Source: Escherichia coli (GTDB lineage: Bacteria; Pseudomonadota; Gammaproteobacteria; Enterobacterales; Enterobacteriaceae). Taken from it: a DNA stretch of 64,000 nucleotides. Position 1 is the stretch's first letter, and every line of letters starts with the position of its first letter. The translations under genes and the position numbers were made by a program. The notes beneath the pieces were generated by a model, which was given only the letters and a program-made list of their open reading frames with translations, was not told where the DNA came from and made no database searches. The stretch is taken from the NCBI RefSeq assembly GCF_003991155.1, contig NZ_CP031293.1. One strand, 5' to 3'. Of the stretch, positions 17,705-28,674 are shown one piece after another.

Positions 17705-17999
17705 GACATCCTCCGGATTTTGATGAATCCATGTTCCTGGACTTCTGCCAGTAACTGACCTGATATCCCCAATGCACCCCCATGTATAACAAAGATGTTG
17801 TTAAAAGCCGTTGTTATATATCACATTTTTTCCATTATGGGGGTGCTGATATTTTAAGAGAAAATAGTACCCCCTAAAGTACCCCCAAAAGCAACTTGAT
17901 ATGGGGTGATACCGGTTGACCTCGGGATACAAAGAAATCCTGATATACAATAGGTTATATGGAGATTGTTGATATAAGGAGAGTTCAGAAGAGGTTAAT

Positions 18000-18094
18000 T
18001 GGCGGAAGATCACAGGAGTCGAACCTGCCCGGGACCGCTGGCGGCCCCAACTGGATTTGAAGTCCAGCCGCCTCACCGGAGACGACGATCTTCC
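18000..18094 (-). tRNA. selC: tRNA-Sec (selenocysteine)
   Basis: Reverse complement reads GGAAGATCGTCGTCTCCGGTGAGGCGGCTGGACTTCAAATCCAGTTGGGGCCGCCAGCGGTCCCGGGCAGGTTCGACTCCTGTGATCTTCCGCCA (95 nt, CCA end), matching E. coli selC as recalled. Confidence 0.9.
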
Positions 18095-18386
18095 GCGCCT
18101 CGATTGCTACATGGAGGCGGGGCGCATTATAGCTACTTCCTTGAGTTTCTACATCCCCCAGATCAGTTTTTTCCGCCTAATACACGCAGCGTATTATCAC
18201 GAAAGCATTATAATTCATATAAAACCCATACTTTACAATGATATATGAGCGTAATTTACGCTACCACGATCACATAAAACAAGAATCATAAATTAATAAC
18301 CAGATATCGGAATATTCGCTCTCACAGGGATGGTTTACAAAATGCGTTATCGGTCTCAGCACCCCTATAGCATCAAGGAAAAGCAG

Positions 18387-19769
18387 ATGAAGAGTGAAGT
18401 GTTGTCCGTTAAAGAGAAAATTGGTTATGGCATGGGAGACGCCGCCAGCCACATTATTTTCGATAACGTAATGTTATATATGATGTTCTTTTATACCGAT
18501 ATTTTTGGCATTCCTGCCGGATTTGTCGGAACCATGTTTTTGGTCGCTCGTGCACTGGATGCGATTTCCGATCCTTGCATGGGGTTGTTGGCCGATCGAA
18601 CGCGCTCTCGCTGGGGTAAATTTCGTCCGTGGGTACTGTTTGGCGCACTGCCATTTGGGATCGTCTGTGTACTGGCCTATAGCACGCCAGATCTCAGTAT
18701 GAACGGAAAAATGATTTATGCAGCAATTACTTACACCCTACTTACCTTACTTTATACCATCGTTAATATCCCTTACTGCGCATTGGGTGGGGTAATCACC
18801 AATGACCCGACTCAGCGTATCTCGCTGCAATCCTGGCGTTTTGTGCTGGCGACCGCGGGAGGCATGCTCTCTACTGTTCTGATGATGCCACTGGTTAATT
18901 TAATTGGTGGTGATAATAAACCACTCGGTTTCCAGGGCGGAATCGCGGTCCTTTCCGTGGTGGCATTTATGATGCTGGCATTTTGTTTCTTCACCACTAA
19001 AGAACGCGTTGAAGCACCACCTACAACGACGTCTATGCGGGAAGATTTACGTGATATCTGGCAAAACGACCAGTGGCGTATTGTCGGTTTACTAACCATT
19101 TTCAATATTCTGGCGGTATGCGTACGCGGTGGGGCGATGATGTATTACGTCACATGGATTTTGGGTACGCCGGAAGTGTTTGTCGCTTTTCTTACCACTT
19201 ATTGCGTGGGTAACCTGATTGGTTCCGCACTGGCGAAACCGCTGACCGACTGGAAATGTAAAGTCACTATCTTCTGGTGGACGAACGCCCTGCTGGCAGT
19301 GATTAGCCTGGCGATGTTCTTTGTTCCTATGCAGGCCAGCATCACCATGTTTGTCTTCATCTTCGTGATTGGTGTGCTGCATCAACTGGTGACACCTATC
19401 CAGTGGGTAATGATGTCCGATACCGTCGATTACGGCGAGTGGTGCAATGGTAAACGCCTGACCGGGATCAGTTTTGCTGGCACGCTGTTTGTGCTCAAAC
19501 TGGGGTTGGCCTTCGGCGGCGCTCTTATCGGCTGGATGCTGGCTTATGGCGGATATGATGCGGCAGAAAAAGCGCAGAACAGCGCCACGATTAGCATCAT
19601 TATTGCGCTATTCACGATTGTTCCGGCGATCTGTTATTTGCTGAGCGCGATTATCGCTAAACGCTACTACTCACTCACGACGCACAATCTGAAAACCGTT
19701 ATGGAACAGCTGGCCCAGGGCAAACGCCGTTGCCAGCAACAATTCACCTCTCAAGAAGTGCAGAACTAA
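18387..19769 (+). CDS. yicJ: GPH-family glycoside-pentoside-hexuronide:cation symporter
   Basis: 460 aa from MKSEVLSVKEK...; conserved position next to yicI. Confidence 0.85.
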   Translation: MKSEVLSVKEKIGYGMGDAASHIIFDNVMLYMMFFYTDIFGIPAGFVGTMFLVARALDAISDPCMGLLADRTRSRWGKFRPWVLFGALPFGIVCVLAYSTPDLSMNGKMIYAAITYTLLTLLYTIVNIPYCALGGVITNDPTQRISLQSWRFVLATAGGMLSTVLMMPLVNLIGGDNKPLGFQGGIAVLSVVAFMMLAFCFFTTKERVEAPPTTTSMREDLRDIWQNDQWRIVGLLTIFNILAVCVRGGAMMYYVTWILGTPEVFVAFLTTYCVGNLIGSALAKPLTDWKCKVTIFWWTNALLAVISLAMFFVPMQASITMFVFIFVIGVLHQLVTPIQWVMMSDTVDYGEWCNGKRLTGISFAGTLFVLKLGLAFGGALIGWMLAYGGYDAAEKAQNSATISIIIALFTIVPAICYLLSAIIAKRYYSLTTHNLKTVMEQLAQGKRRCQQQFTSQEVQN

Positions 19770-19778
19770 GGAACGGCA

Positions 19779-22097
19779 ATGAAAATTAGCGACGGAAACT
19801 GGTTGATTCAACCTGGCCTCAATTTGATTCACCCGCTTCAGGTGTTCGAGGTTGAACAGCAGGGTAATGAAATGGTGGTCTATGCTGCCCCTCGTGATGT
19901 GCGTGAACGTACCTGGCAGCTTGATACGCCTTTATTTACGCTGCGCTTTTTCTCCCCACAGGAAGGTATTGTCGGTGTACGGATTGAGCATTTTCAGGGG
20001 GCGCTGAATAACGGTCCTCATTATCCGCTCAATATTTTGCAGGACGTGAAGGTCACAATCGAAAACACAGAACGTTACGCTGAGTTTAAAAGTGGCAACT
20101 TAAGCGCGCGTGTCAGCAAAGGTGAGTTCTGGTCACTGGATTTTCTGCGCAACGGCGAACGTATTACCGGTAGTCAGGTGAAAAATAACGGCTACGTGCA
20201 GGACACGAATAATCAACGAAATTATATGTTTGAGCGGCTGGATCTTGGCGTTGGCGAAACAGTTTACGGTCTGGGAGAGCGCTTTACTGCCCTGGTGCGC
20301 AATGGCCAGACGGTAGAGACCTGGAACCGGGACGGCGGCACAAGTACTGAACAGGCGTATAAAAATATTCCGTTCTATATGACTAACCGTGGTTATGGGG
20401 TACTGGTCAATCATCCTCAATGCGTCTCTTTTGAAGTGGGATCGGAGAAAGTCTCCAAAGTGCAGTTCAGCGTTGAGAGTGAATATCTCGAATACTTTGT
20501 TATCGACGGCCCGACGCCGAAAGCGGTACTTGATAGTTATACCCGTTTTACTGGTCGTCCGGCGCTGCCGCCCGCGTGGTCCTTCGGCCTGTGGCTAACC
20601 ACTTCATTTACCACCAACTACGACGAAGCGACGGTAAACAGCTTTATCGATGGTATGGCGGAACGCAATCTGCCGCTGCATGTTTTCCACTTTGACTGTT
20701 TCTGGATGAAAGCCTTCCAGTGGTGCGATTTTGAGTGGGACCCGCTGACTTTCCCGGACCCGGAAGGGATGATCCGCCGCCTGAAAGCGAAAGGGCTAAA
20801 AATCTGCGTCTGGATTAACCCCTATATCGGGCAAAAATCCCCTGTCTTTAAAGAGTTACAAGAGAAAGGTTATTTACTCAAACGCCCGGACGGTTCGCTG
20901 TGGCAGTGGGATAAATGGCAGCCAGGTCTGGCGATTTATGACTTTACCAATCCGGATGCCTGCAAATGGTACGCCGACAAACTGAAAGGTCTGGTCGCGA
21001 TGGGCGTTGATTGCTTTAAGACCGACTTTGGCGAACGTATTCCAACCGATGTTCAATGGTTTGATGGTTCCGATCCGCAGAAAATGCATAACCATTATGC
21101 GTACATCTACAACGAACTGGTGTGGAACGTGCTCAAGGAAACCGTTGGCGAGGAAGAAGCCGTCTTGTTTGCCCGCTCGGCCTCCGTCGGTGCGCAGAAA
21201 TTCCCGGTACATTGGGGTGGCGACTGTTACGCTAACTACGAATCAATGGCGGAAAGCCTGCGCGGTGGTTTGTCTATTGGCCTTTCTGGTTTTGGCTTCT
21301 GGAGCCACGATATCGGCGGCTTTGAGAATACCGCTCCGGCGCACGTTTACAAACGCTGGTGCGCGTTTGGTTTGCTCTCCAGCCATAGCCGTTTACACGG
21401 CAGCAAATCTTATCGTGTGCCGTGGGCCTATGATGATGAGTCCTGTGATGTGGTGCGCTTCTTCACGCAACTGAAATGCCGCATGATGCCGTATCTGTAT
21501 CGTGAAGCTGCACGTGCAAACGCCCGGGGTACCCCGATGATGCGGGCCATGATGATGGAGTTCCCGGACGATCCGGCTTGTGATTACCTTGACCGTCAAT
21601 ACATGTTAGGCGATAACGTGATGGTTGCTCCGGTGTTCACTGAAGCGGGCGATGTGCAGTTCTACCTGCCGGAAGGTCGCTGGACACACCTGTGGCACAA
21701 CGATGAACTCGACGGTAGTCGCTGGCATAAACAGCAGCACGGCTTCCTGAGTCTGCCCGTTTATGTGCGTGATAACACCCTACTGGCGCTGGGCAACAAC
21801 GAGCAACGTCCCGATTACGCGTGGCACGAAGGCACGGCATTCCAGCTCTTTAATCTGCAAGACGGGCATGAAGCCATCTGTGAAGTGCCCGCTGCCGATG
21901 GTTCCGTTCTTTTCACCCTGAAAGCGGCGCGTACTAGCAACACAATTACTGTGACTGGTGCGGGCGTGGCGAAGAACTGGACGCTGTGCTTGCGCAATGT
22001 TGTGAAAGTAAATGGTCTGCAAGGCGGTTCGCAGGCTGAAAGTGAGCAGGGGCTGGTGGTGACGCCTCAAGGGAATGCGCTGACAATTACGTTGTAA
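19779..22097 (+). CDS. yicI: alpha-xylosidase (GH31)
   Basis: 772 aa, GH31 catalytic region (WIDMNE-like / KTDFGE motifs). Confidence 0.9.
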   Translation: MKISDGNWLIQPGLNLIHPLQVFEVEQQGNEMVVYAAPRDVRERTWQLDTPLFTLRFFSPQEGIVGVRIEHFQGALNNGPHYPLNILQDVKVTIENTERYAEFKSGNLSARVSKGEFWSLDFLRNGERITGSQVKNNGYVQDTNNQRNYMFERLDLGVGETVYGLGERFTALVRNGQTVETWNRDGGTSTEQAYKNIPFYMTNRGYGVLVNHPQCVSFEVGSEKVSKVQFSVESEYLEYFVIDGPTPKAVLDSYTRFTGRPALPPAWSFGLWLTTSFTTNYDEATVNSFIDGMAERNLPLHVFHFDCFWMKAFQWCDFEWDPLTFPDPEGMIRRLKAKGLKICVWINPYIGQKSPVFKELQEKGYLLKRPDGSLWQWDKWQPGLAIYDFTNPDACKWYADKLKGLVAMGVDCFKTDFGERIPTDVQWFDGSDPQKMHNHYAYIYNELVWNVLKETVGEEEAVLFARSASVGAQKFPVHWGGDCYANYESMAESLRGGLSIGLSGFGFWSHDIGGFENTAPAHVYKRWCAFGLLSSHSRLHGSKSYRVPWAYDDESCDVVRFFTQLKCRMMPYLYREAARANARGTPMMRAMMMEFPDDPACDYLDRQYMLGDNVMVAPVFTEAGDVQFYLPEGRWTHLWHNDELDGSRWHKQQHGFLSLPVYVRDNTLLALGNNEQRPDYAWHEGTAFQLFNLQDGHEAICEVPAADGSVLFTLKAARTSNTITVTGAGVAKNWTLCLRNVVKVNGLQGGSQAESEQGLVVTPQGNALTITL

Positions 22098-22111
22098 TCT
22101 ATTGAAGAATG

Positions 22112-22142
22112 CCGGATACGAATGGTTTTGTGTCGTATCCGG
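22112..22142. repeat. perfect 10-bp inverted repeat (CCGGATACGA / TCGTATCCGG) downstream of yicI
   Basis: Seen directly; REP-like or terminator hairpin without T-tract. Confidence 0.4.
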
Positions 22143-22391
22143 TAAATAATCTCACATCTGGTAATAAATATTTCTTCCATCGTATTTGCGAGCATGATCA
22201 CGATTATTCATCACGAAAATGTGATCTGTGCTGAAAAATATCCCTTAACCGCCTTGCTTTGTTTTATCACTGTCCGGATTACGGACATATTTTAGTATTG
22301 TTGTGAAATTATTCTGCTTTATATTTACCCTCAGAGATGGCAACTGAAGCTCTTCCTCATAGGGCTTCTTAATCTGTGATAAGGGTAAAAA

Positions 22392-23945
22392 ATGCAAATG
22401 ATTACCTCGCGACAAAACAGATTATTACGATTCCTTTTACCTCGAAGGGAATATACGACTATTGTTACGATTGCCGGCTATTTAAATGTTTCGGAAAAAA
22501 CCATTCAACGTGATTTACGTTTACTTGAGCAATGGCTGGGGCAATGGAGAATAAATGTTGAGAAGCGTGCTGGCGCGGGTGTGATGTTAAGCGCGGAGAA
22601 TATTGCTGATTTGCTGCATCTTGATCATTTGTTGGGAGCAGAATGTGAAGAGATTGATGGTGTAATGAATAATGCCAGGCGCGTTAAAATAGCGTCGCAG
22701 TTATTAAGTGAAACACCGAATGAAACGTCGATCAGTAAATTGTCAGAACGCTACTTTATCAGCGGAGCCTCTATTGTTAATGACCTGAGAGTAATTGAGT
22801 CCTGGCTTGCGCCGTTGGGGTTATCATTGATCCGCAGCCCAAGTGGTACGCATATTGAAGGTAGTGAAGGGCAAGTCCGACAGGCAATGGCATTACTGAT
22901 TAACGGCATTATTAACCATAATGAGCCGCAAGGTGTCGTGTATTCACGTCTGGATCCCGGAAGTTATAAAGCATTAGTCCATTATTTTGGAGAAGAAGAG
23001 GTGTTATTTGTCCAGTCATTGTTACTGGATATGGAAAATGAATTAAGTTGGTCTTTGGGAGAGCCTTATTACGTTAACATTTTTACTCACATCCTTATTA
23101 TGATGTATCGCAACACGCACGGGAATGCGTTATCCAGAGAAGAAGATCAAACCAGGCAATATGATGAAAATATCTTTAATGTTGCCAGTCAGATGATTCA
23201 TAAGATAGAACAACGAATTGCACATACATTGCCCGATGATGAAGTCTGGTTTATTTATCAATATATCATTTCATCAGGTGTGGCGATTGATGGACAAAAA
23301 GATGTGAGCATTATTTCACATATGCAGGCCAGCAATGAAGCGCGTCTGATTACCTGGCGTTTAATTACGGTATTCAGTGACATCGTGGACTGCGATTTTA
23401 GTGAAGACAGCGCATTATATGATGGCTTGTTGGTTCATATTAAGCCGCTGATTAACCGACTAAATTATCGCATTCATATCCGTAATCCATTGCTGGAAGA
23501 TATTAAAGCAGAATTAGCGGATGTCTGGCGGTTGACGCAATATGTGGTGAATCAGGTATTTAAAACCTGGGGTGAGAATGCAGTGAGCGAGGATGAAGTG
23601 GGTTACCTGACCGTTCATTTTCAGGCTGCGATGGAGCGGCAAATTGCCCGTAAACGCGTATTACTGGTCTGTTCAACCGGAATCGGAACTTCGCATCTAC
23701 TGAAAAGCCGTATTCTGCGAGCGTTTCCTGAATGGACGATTGTTGATGTTATTTCAGCAGCGAATTTATCACAGGTTTTGCCTGACAATATCGAACTGAT
23801 TATTTCGACCATTAATTTGCCTACAGTCACTATGCCGGTCGCTTATGTTACCGCTTTTTTTAATGATGCCGATATTAAGCGGGTCACTGAAATGGTGATT
23901 ACGGAAAAATTACATCATGCGACGTCTCGGGTCGTTGAAATTTAA
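22392..23945 (+). CDS. PRD-containing transcriptional regulator (BglG/MtlR/LicR-type activator with EIIB/EIIA-like domains), frz-like operon
   Basis: 517 aa; N-terminal HTH, central PRD-like regions, C-terminal CSTGIGTSHLL EIIB-like motif. Confidence 0.7.
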   Translation: MQMITSRQNRLLRFLLPRREYTTIVTIAGYLNVSEKTIQRDLRLLEQWLGQWRINVEKRAGAGVMLSAENIADLLHLDHLLGAECEEIDGVMNNARRVKIASQLLSETPNETSISKLSERYFISGASIVNDLRVIESWLAPLGLSLIRSPSGTHIEGSEGQVRQAMALLINGIINHNEPQGVVYSRLDPGSYKALVHYFGEEEVLFVQSLLLDMENELSWSLGEPYYVNIFTHILIMMYRNTHGNALSREEDQTRQYDENIFNVASQMIHKIEQRIAHTLPDDEVWFIYQYIISSGVAIDGQKDVSIISHMQASNEARLITWRLITVFSDIVDCDFSEDSALYDGLLVHIKPLINRLNYRIHIRNPLLEDIKAELADVWRLTQYVVNQVFKTWGENAVSEDEVGYLTVHFQAAMERQIARKRVLLVCSTGIGTSHLLKSRILRAFPEWTIVDVISAANLSQVLPDNIELIISTINLPTVTMPVAYVTAFFNDADIKRVTEMVITEKLHHATSRVVEI

Positions 23946-23971
23946 TGTCAGAATTTTATGAGGTATGACGA

Positions 23972-24442
23972 ATGGACATAACAAAAATCCTGAATACGAA
24001 TCGCGTTATTTTAGATATGCAAGCGACGAATAAAGCGGAGGCGATTGAAGAATTAACTAATCTTCTCAAAAAAGATGGTGCGATCGATTGTCGGGAAACC
24101 TTTATTAAAGATGTCTGGCAGCGCGAAGCGGAAGGCTCGACTGGTTTTGAAAATCATATTGCGATCCCGCATGGTAAATCTTCTGCGGTAATTAATACTA
24201 CGCTGGCAATTGGCCGTACCCGCCAGGATATTCCCTGGGAAACGCTGGATGGCAGTAGCGTGCGCTGTATTATTTTATTTGCGGTACGTCTTGAAGATCA
24301 AAATACCACTCATATCCGTTTACTTTCCCAGGTCGCGGGCGCGCTGGCGGATGATGACATCATAGAACAATTGTTAGTTGAGACGAGTCCGCAAAAAATC
24401 ATTGATCTCTTTAGTCAGTATGCACAATCCGATGTCTGCTAA
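23972..24442 (+). CDS. PTS EIIA component (fructose/mannitol family)
   Basis: 156 aa with HIAIPHGK phosphorylation-site motif. Confidence 0.8.
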   Translation: MDITKILNTNRVILDMQATNKAEAIEELTNLLKKDGAIDCRETFIKDVWQREAEGSTGFENHIAIPHGKSSAVINTTLAIGRTRQDIPWETLDGSSVRCIILFAVRLEDQNTTHIRLLSQVAGALADDDIIEQLLVETSPQKIIDLFSQYAQSDVC

Positions 24443-24459
24443 ATAACAGGGAGTATGTC

Positions 24460-24774
24460 ATGAATATTGTCTGTGTTGCCGCCTGTACGGCGGGTATTGC
24501 TCATACCTATATTGCTCGTGAAAAGTTAATCAAAGGAGCAAAAGCTCTGGGCCATACCATTAAAGTTGAAACCCAGGGAACCATTGGTACAGAAAATGAA
24601 TTACAGGCGGCAGATATCTCTGCTGCTGACGTCGTGATTCTTGCTGTAGATGTGAAAATAAAAGGAGAAGAACGCTTCACCAATAAACGTATTGTGCGAG
24701 TAAAGACAGAGATCGTCATTAAATCGCCCGTTCAATTTCTTGAAAAGGTCGAAAAATCACTGGGAAACAAATGA
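24460..24774 (+). CDS. PTS EIIB component (fructose-like)
   Basis: 104 aa, N-terminal VAACTAGIAHTY cysteine phosphorylation motif. Confidence 0.8.
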   Translation: MNIVCVAACTAGIAHTYIAREKLIKGAKALGHTIKVETQGTIGTENELQAADISAADVVILAVDVKIKGEERFTNKRIVRVKTEIVIKSPVQFLEKVEKSLGNK

Positions 24775-24798
24775 TCCTTATACTGGAGGGATCTTAAT

Positions 24799-25890
24799 AT
24801 GAAAGACAATAAAATTCCGGTTTCACAGGAAATTAAAAAACATTTATTAACCGGCATCTCGTGGATGATACCCCTTATTGTGGCCGCCGGGATATGTATT
24901 GCGTTGGGGCAAGTTCTTGGCGGTACAGATGTTGGTGAAAAAACAGGAACAATCCCGTGGATGCTTAATCAGATTGGCGGCTGGGGAATGGGGCTGATTG
25001 TGCCGCTGATTAGCGCGGCAATTGCCTATTCTATTGCCGATCGTCCCGGATTTGCCCCGGGTCTGATTGTCGGCTTTCTCTGTGGGCAAATCCATACCGG
25101 ATTTATTGGCGGTATGTTGGGTGGTTTCCTGGTGGGCTACACCATTTTGCTACTTAAACGCTATATCCGCCTGCCGCAGTCGATGCAAGGACTCATGCCA
25201 ATCATGGTGTTGCCGGTATTAAGCACCATTATCGGTGGGCTGTTAATGATGACGCTGATTGGTAAACCCATCGCCTGGTTACAAGAAGCACTGATTCATT
25301 TGCTCGAGTCGATGCAGGGCGGATCGCGCTTCCTGATGGGGGCCATACTTGGCGCGATGGCAACCTTCGATTTCGGTGGTCCGGTCAACAAAACCATGTC
25401 GCTGTTTTCCGATGGCTTGCTGGTCAGTGGCGTCTACGGACCAGAAGCCGTGAAATTTGTCGGCTCAATCATCCCTCCGTTTGGCATCACACTTTCGTTC
25501 TTACTGACACGCCATAAATACACCCGTGCGGAGCGCGAGGCGCTGAAAGCCGCGTTTCCGATGGGGATCTGCATGATCACTGAAGGAGTCATTCCGATCG
25601 CCGCGCGTGACCTGCTGCGAGTAGTGGGATCTTGTGTGGTGGCATCGGCGGTCGCGGGCGGCTTAATCATGGTGTGGGGCGTGGAGAGTCCGGTTCCGCA
25701 TGGCGGCATGTTTGTTGTGCCTCTGTTCACCCATCCTCTGCTGTTTTGCCTGGCGCTGGGTATAGGCACGGTGATTTGTGGCGTGATGCTTTCACTCTGG
25801 AAGAAACCGGTAACGGAACGCGACGAAGAGTTTGACGAACTGAGCGATCAAAAGCTGAAAGATGAAGAGATCACTTTCACCCTCGAATAA
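24799..25890 (+). CDS. PTS EIIC permease (fructose-like)
   Basis: 363 aa polytopic membrane protein following EIIA/EIIB. Confidence 0.8.
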   Translation: MKDNKIPVSQEIKKHLLTGISWMIPLIVAAGICIALGQVLGGTDVGEKTGTIPWMLNQIGGWGMGLIVPLISAAIAYSIADRPGFAPGLIVGFLCGQIHTGFIGGMLGGFLVGYTILLLKRYIRLPQSMQGLMPIMVLPVLSTIIGGLLMMTLIGKPIAWLQEALIHLLESMQGGSRFLMGAILGAMATFDFGGPVNKTMSLFSDGLLVSGVYGPEAVKFVGSIIPPFGITLSFLLTRHKYTRAEREALKAAFPMGICMITEGVIPIAARDLLRVVGSCVVASAVAGGLIMVWGVESPVPHGGMFVVPLFTHPLLFCLALGIGTVICGVMLSLWKKPVTERDEEFDELSDQKLKDEEITFTLE

Positions 25891-25901
25891 CCGGAGGCCC
25901 T

Positions 25902-26753
25902 ATGTTTGCCGATATGAAAAGTATGGTGATGAAAGCCTGGCATGAACATTACGCCTTACTGGCGATCAACTGTATGAATCTGGAAAGTGCTCACGCAGCT
26001 ATCCGCGTGGCGGAGAAGAATCGCGCTCCGATCATTCTCAATCTCTATCAGGGGCATCTGGCGCATTTTCCAGCACCCGTCGCGGCGGCAGTGGTTAAAA
26101 CGCTCGCGGAATCTGCCTCAGTACCGGTCGCTCTGGCGCTTGATCATGGCAAAAATCCGGACTGTATTCGTCAGGCGTTTCGTGCTGGTTTCAGCGGATT
26201 AATGATTGATGCTTCTGCTTTTCCCCTGGAGGAAAACGTGCGCCAGACCAGGGCGGTGGTGGAACTCGCCGCCAGCGTGCAGCTCTGCGTGGAAGGCGAA
26301 CTGGGCCATCTGGCAGATGCGCCGCGTTACGACCAGGCCGCCAATGCAGACCTGATGACGCAACCCACTGATGTGGAACCGTTTATCGCGCAGACAGGCA
26401 TTGATCTACTGGCCGTCTCGGTAGGCACGGCGCACGGCATGTACGCGCCTGGTGTTGTACCTGCTATTGATTTTCAGCGTCTGGCGGAGATTTTCCACTG
26501 CTCGAGCGTGCCTCTGGCATTACATGGCGGTAGCGGTACGCCGTTCGATCAGCTCCAGCTCTGTACGACGCTGGGGGTAGCAAAAATCAACGTGGGGGCG
26601 GCCATTTTTGAACGGGGGAAATCCGCGCTCCTGCATACCCTCTGTCACGATATATCCATTGAACTGGTGGACGCGCTGAAAGCTATGGAACTGGCCTTCG
26701 AAGAAGCGATTACACCGTATTTACAGGCGAGCGGCTCTATCGGCAAAGCCTGA
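25902..26753 (+). CDS. class II ketose-bisphosphate aldolase (GatY/KbaY-like)
   Basis: 283 aa, LDHG and HGGSG motifs. Confidence 0.8.
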   Translation: MFADMKSMVMKAWHEHYALLAINCMNLESAHAAIRVAEKNRAPIILNLYQGHLAHFPAPVAAAVVKTLAESASVPVALALDHGKNPDCIRQAFRAGFSGLMIDASAFPLEENVRQTRAVVELAASVQLCVEGELGHLADAPRYDQAANADLMTQPTDVEPFIAQTGIDLLAVSVGTAHGMYAPGVVPAIDFQRLAEIFHCSSVPLALHGGSGTPFDQLQLCTTLGVAKINVGAAIFERGKSALLHTLCHDISIELVDALKAMELAFEEAITPYLQASGSIGKA

Positions 26754-26833
26754 TTCATTTTCTGTCATGGCCTTTATGCCAGTGCAATAACGCACCGGCA
26801 GGGCGGACTACACGCTGAAACTGGAGATTTAAC

Positions 26834-27694
26834 ATGTTAGTTTCGATGAAAGAATTACTGCAACCTACCCGCCAGCACGGCTTTGCCATTGGCGCATTTA
26901 ATGTGGCGGATAACTGTTTCCTTCGCGCAGTCGTGGATGAAGCAGAAGCGACAAATACTCCGGCGATTATTGCCATCCATCCCAGCGAACATGATTTTGT
27001 GGGCGATGCCTTTTTCGCTCACGTTCGCGAAATTACCCAGCGTAGTCCGGTCCCGTTTGTACTGCACCTCGATCATGGTGCCTCTGTAGAGCATGTTTTG
27101 CGTGCGATTCGCTGCGGATTTACCTCAGTAATGATCGACGGTTCGCTGCTGCCGTATGAAGAAAACGTGGCGCTGACCGCAGAAGTGGTTCGCCTCGCTC
27201 ACGCGGTTGGAGTGTCGGTTGAGGGTGAACTGGGAACCATCGGACAAACAGGAACGTCGGTAGAAGGTGGTGTTTCACAAGTGACCTACACAGATCCGGC
27301 GCAGGCCGCCGATTTTATTGCTCGTACAGGTGCCGACACTCTGGCTGTGGCGATTGGTACAGCACATGGCATCTATCCAAAAGGGATGCAGCCGAAGCTG
27401 CAAATGGACATTTTGCGCGACATTGCCGGACGTATTGATATTCCGCTGGTGCTACACGGTGGTTCGGCAAACCCGGACGCGGAGATTGCTGAATCAGTTA
27501 CGCTCGGCGTCGGCAAAATCAATATCTCCAGCGATATGAAATACGCCTATTTCCAGAAAGTGCGTGAAATTCTCGCTAAAGAGAGCTGGTGGGACCCGAA
27601 CGTCATCTATCCGGATGCGATTAACGCGGCGCGGGAAGTCATTCGCCACAAAATGAAACTGTTCGGTTCGCTCGGTAAAGCATCACTGTACTAA
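26834..27694 (+). CDS. class II ketose-bisphosphate aldolase, second copy
   Basis: 286 aa, same family motifs (HLDHG, LHGGS). Confidence 0.8.
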   Translation: MLVSMKELLQPTRQHGFAIGAFNVADNCFLRAVVDEAEATNTPAIIAIHPSEHDFVGDAFFAHVREITQRSPVPFVLHLDHGASVEHVLRAIRCGFTSVMIDGSLLPYEENVALTAEVVRLAHAVGVSVEGELGTIGQTGTSVEGGVSQVTYTDPAQAADFIARTGADTLAVAIGTAHGIYPKGMQPKLQMDILRDIAGRIDIPLVLHGGSANPDAEIAESVTLGVGKINISSDMKYAYFQKVREILAKESWWDPNVIYPDAINAAREVIRHKMKLFGSLGKASLY

Positions 27695-27708
27695 GCCAGA
27701 AGGGCGGG

Positions 27709-28674
27709 GTGACCCGCCTTTTACGCAACAAGGAACGAGAAATGCACTATCTGGGGTTGGATATTGGTGGGACCAAAATCGCCGCCGTCGTCATGGATGC
27801 GCATGGCTGGGAGATTCGCCGTTACCGCTGCCCGACGCAAAAGTCGACATATCAACAATTTGTCTCATGTGTTGTGGCGCTTATCGAGCAGATTAGGCGG
27901 GACGTTCAACGACCGATGCTGACAGGGATCGCCTTACCCGGCAGTATCTCGCCACTCACTGGCCTGATTAAAAACGCGAATATTCAGGTGATTAACGGTC
28001 ATGCGTTACAGGCTGATTTGCAGCAATTGCTTGGGCAACCGGTGGTGATAGCCAATGATGGTAACTGTTTCGCGCTATCAGAAGCTTGCGACGGTGCCGG
28101 GCAAGATTATGACGTGGTATTTGGTATTACGCTTGGTACGGGCTGCGGCGGTGGCATTGCCATCAAGCAACGACCGTTTATAGGGGCCTGGGGAAATGCT
28201 GCCGAATGCGGTCATATCACGTTGCCAGGCTATACGGAGCAGGAAGATGGTCCATCAGTCAGTTGCTATTGCGGCAAACACAACTGCGTGGAGTCGTTTG
28301 TTTCCGGCAGCGGTTTTAGTGAACGCTATCAACAGATGACTGGTAACTTGCTCACTCCTGCGGCGATTGTCACCCTGGCACAACGTGGTGATGCTGGTGC
28401 CATGCAGCAGGTGGCACGTTTTCGCCAACAGCTTGCCCGCACGCTGGCAACCATCGTTAATGTTGTTGACCCTGGCGTGATTGTGATCGGCGGCGGGCTT
28501 TCGAATGTGGAACTGCTTATCACCGATCTGAACGCAGAAGTTGCTCCACTGGTTTTCACCGATCAATTCACCACTCCCATTGTAAAAGCACAGCACGGCG
28601 ACAGTAGCGGAATGCGTGGCGCTGCCTGGCTTGCTATGCGCAACGGAGAAGCCAATGAAACGTTCACAAATTAA
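27709..28674 (+). CDS. ROK-family sugar kinase
   Basis: LGLDIGGTKI ATP motif and CxCGxxxC zinc motif; start may be the internal ATG at 27742. Confidence 0.8.
   Translation: MTRLLRNKEREMHYLGLDIGGTKIAAVVMDAHGWEIRRYRCPTQKSTYQQFVSCVVALIEQIRRDVQRPMLTGIALPGSISPLTGLIKNANIQVINGHALQADLQQLLGQPVVIANDGNCFALSEACDGAGQDYDVVFGITLGTGCGGGIAIKQRPFIGAWGNAAECGHITLPGYTEQEDGPSVSCYCGKHNCVESFVSGSGFSERYQQMTGNLLTPAAIVTLAQRGDAGAMQQVARFRQQLARTLATIVNVVDPGVIVIGGGLSNVELLITDLNAEVAPLVFTDQFTTPIVKAQHGDSSGMRGAAWLAMRNGEANETFTN

Noticed and set aside
1-18094. Simple deletion bringing the chromosomal tna operon next to selC
   Set aside because: In the reference order the intervening region contains essential genes (dnaA, dnaN, gyrB, rnpA, yidC), so deletion is implausible; a second copy or rearrangement is more likely
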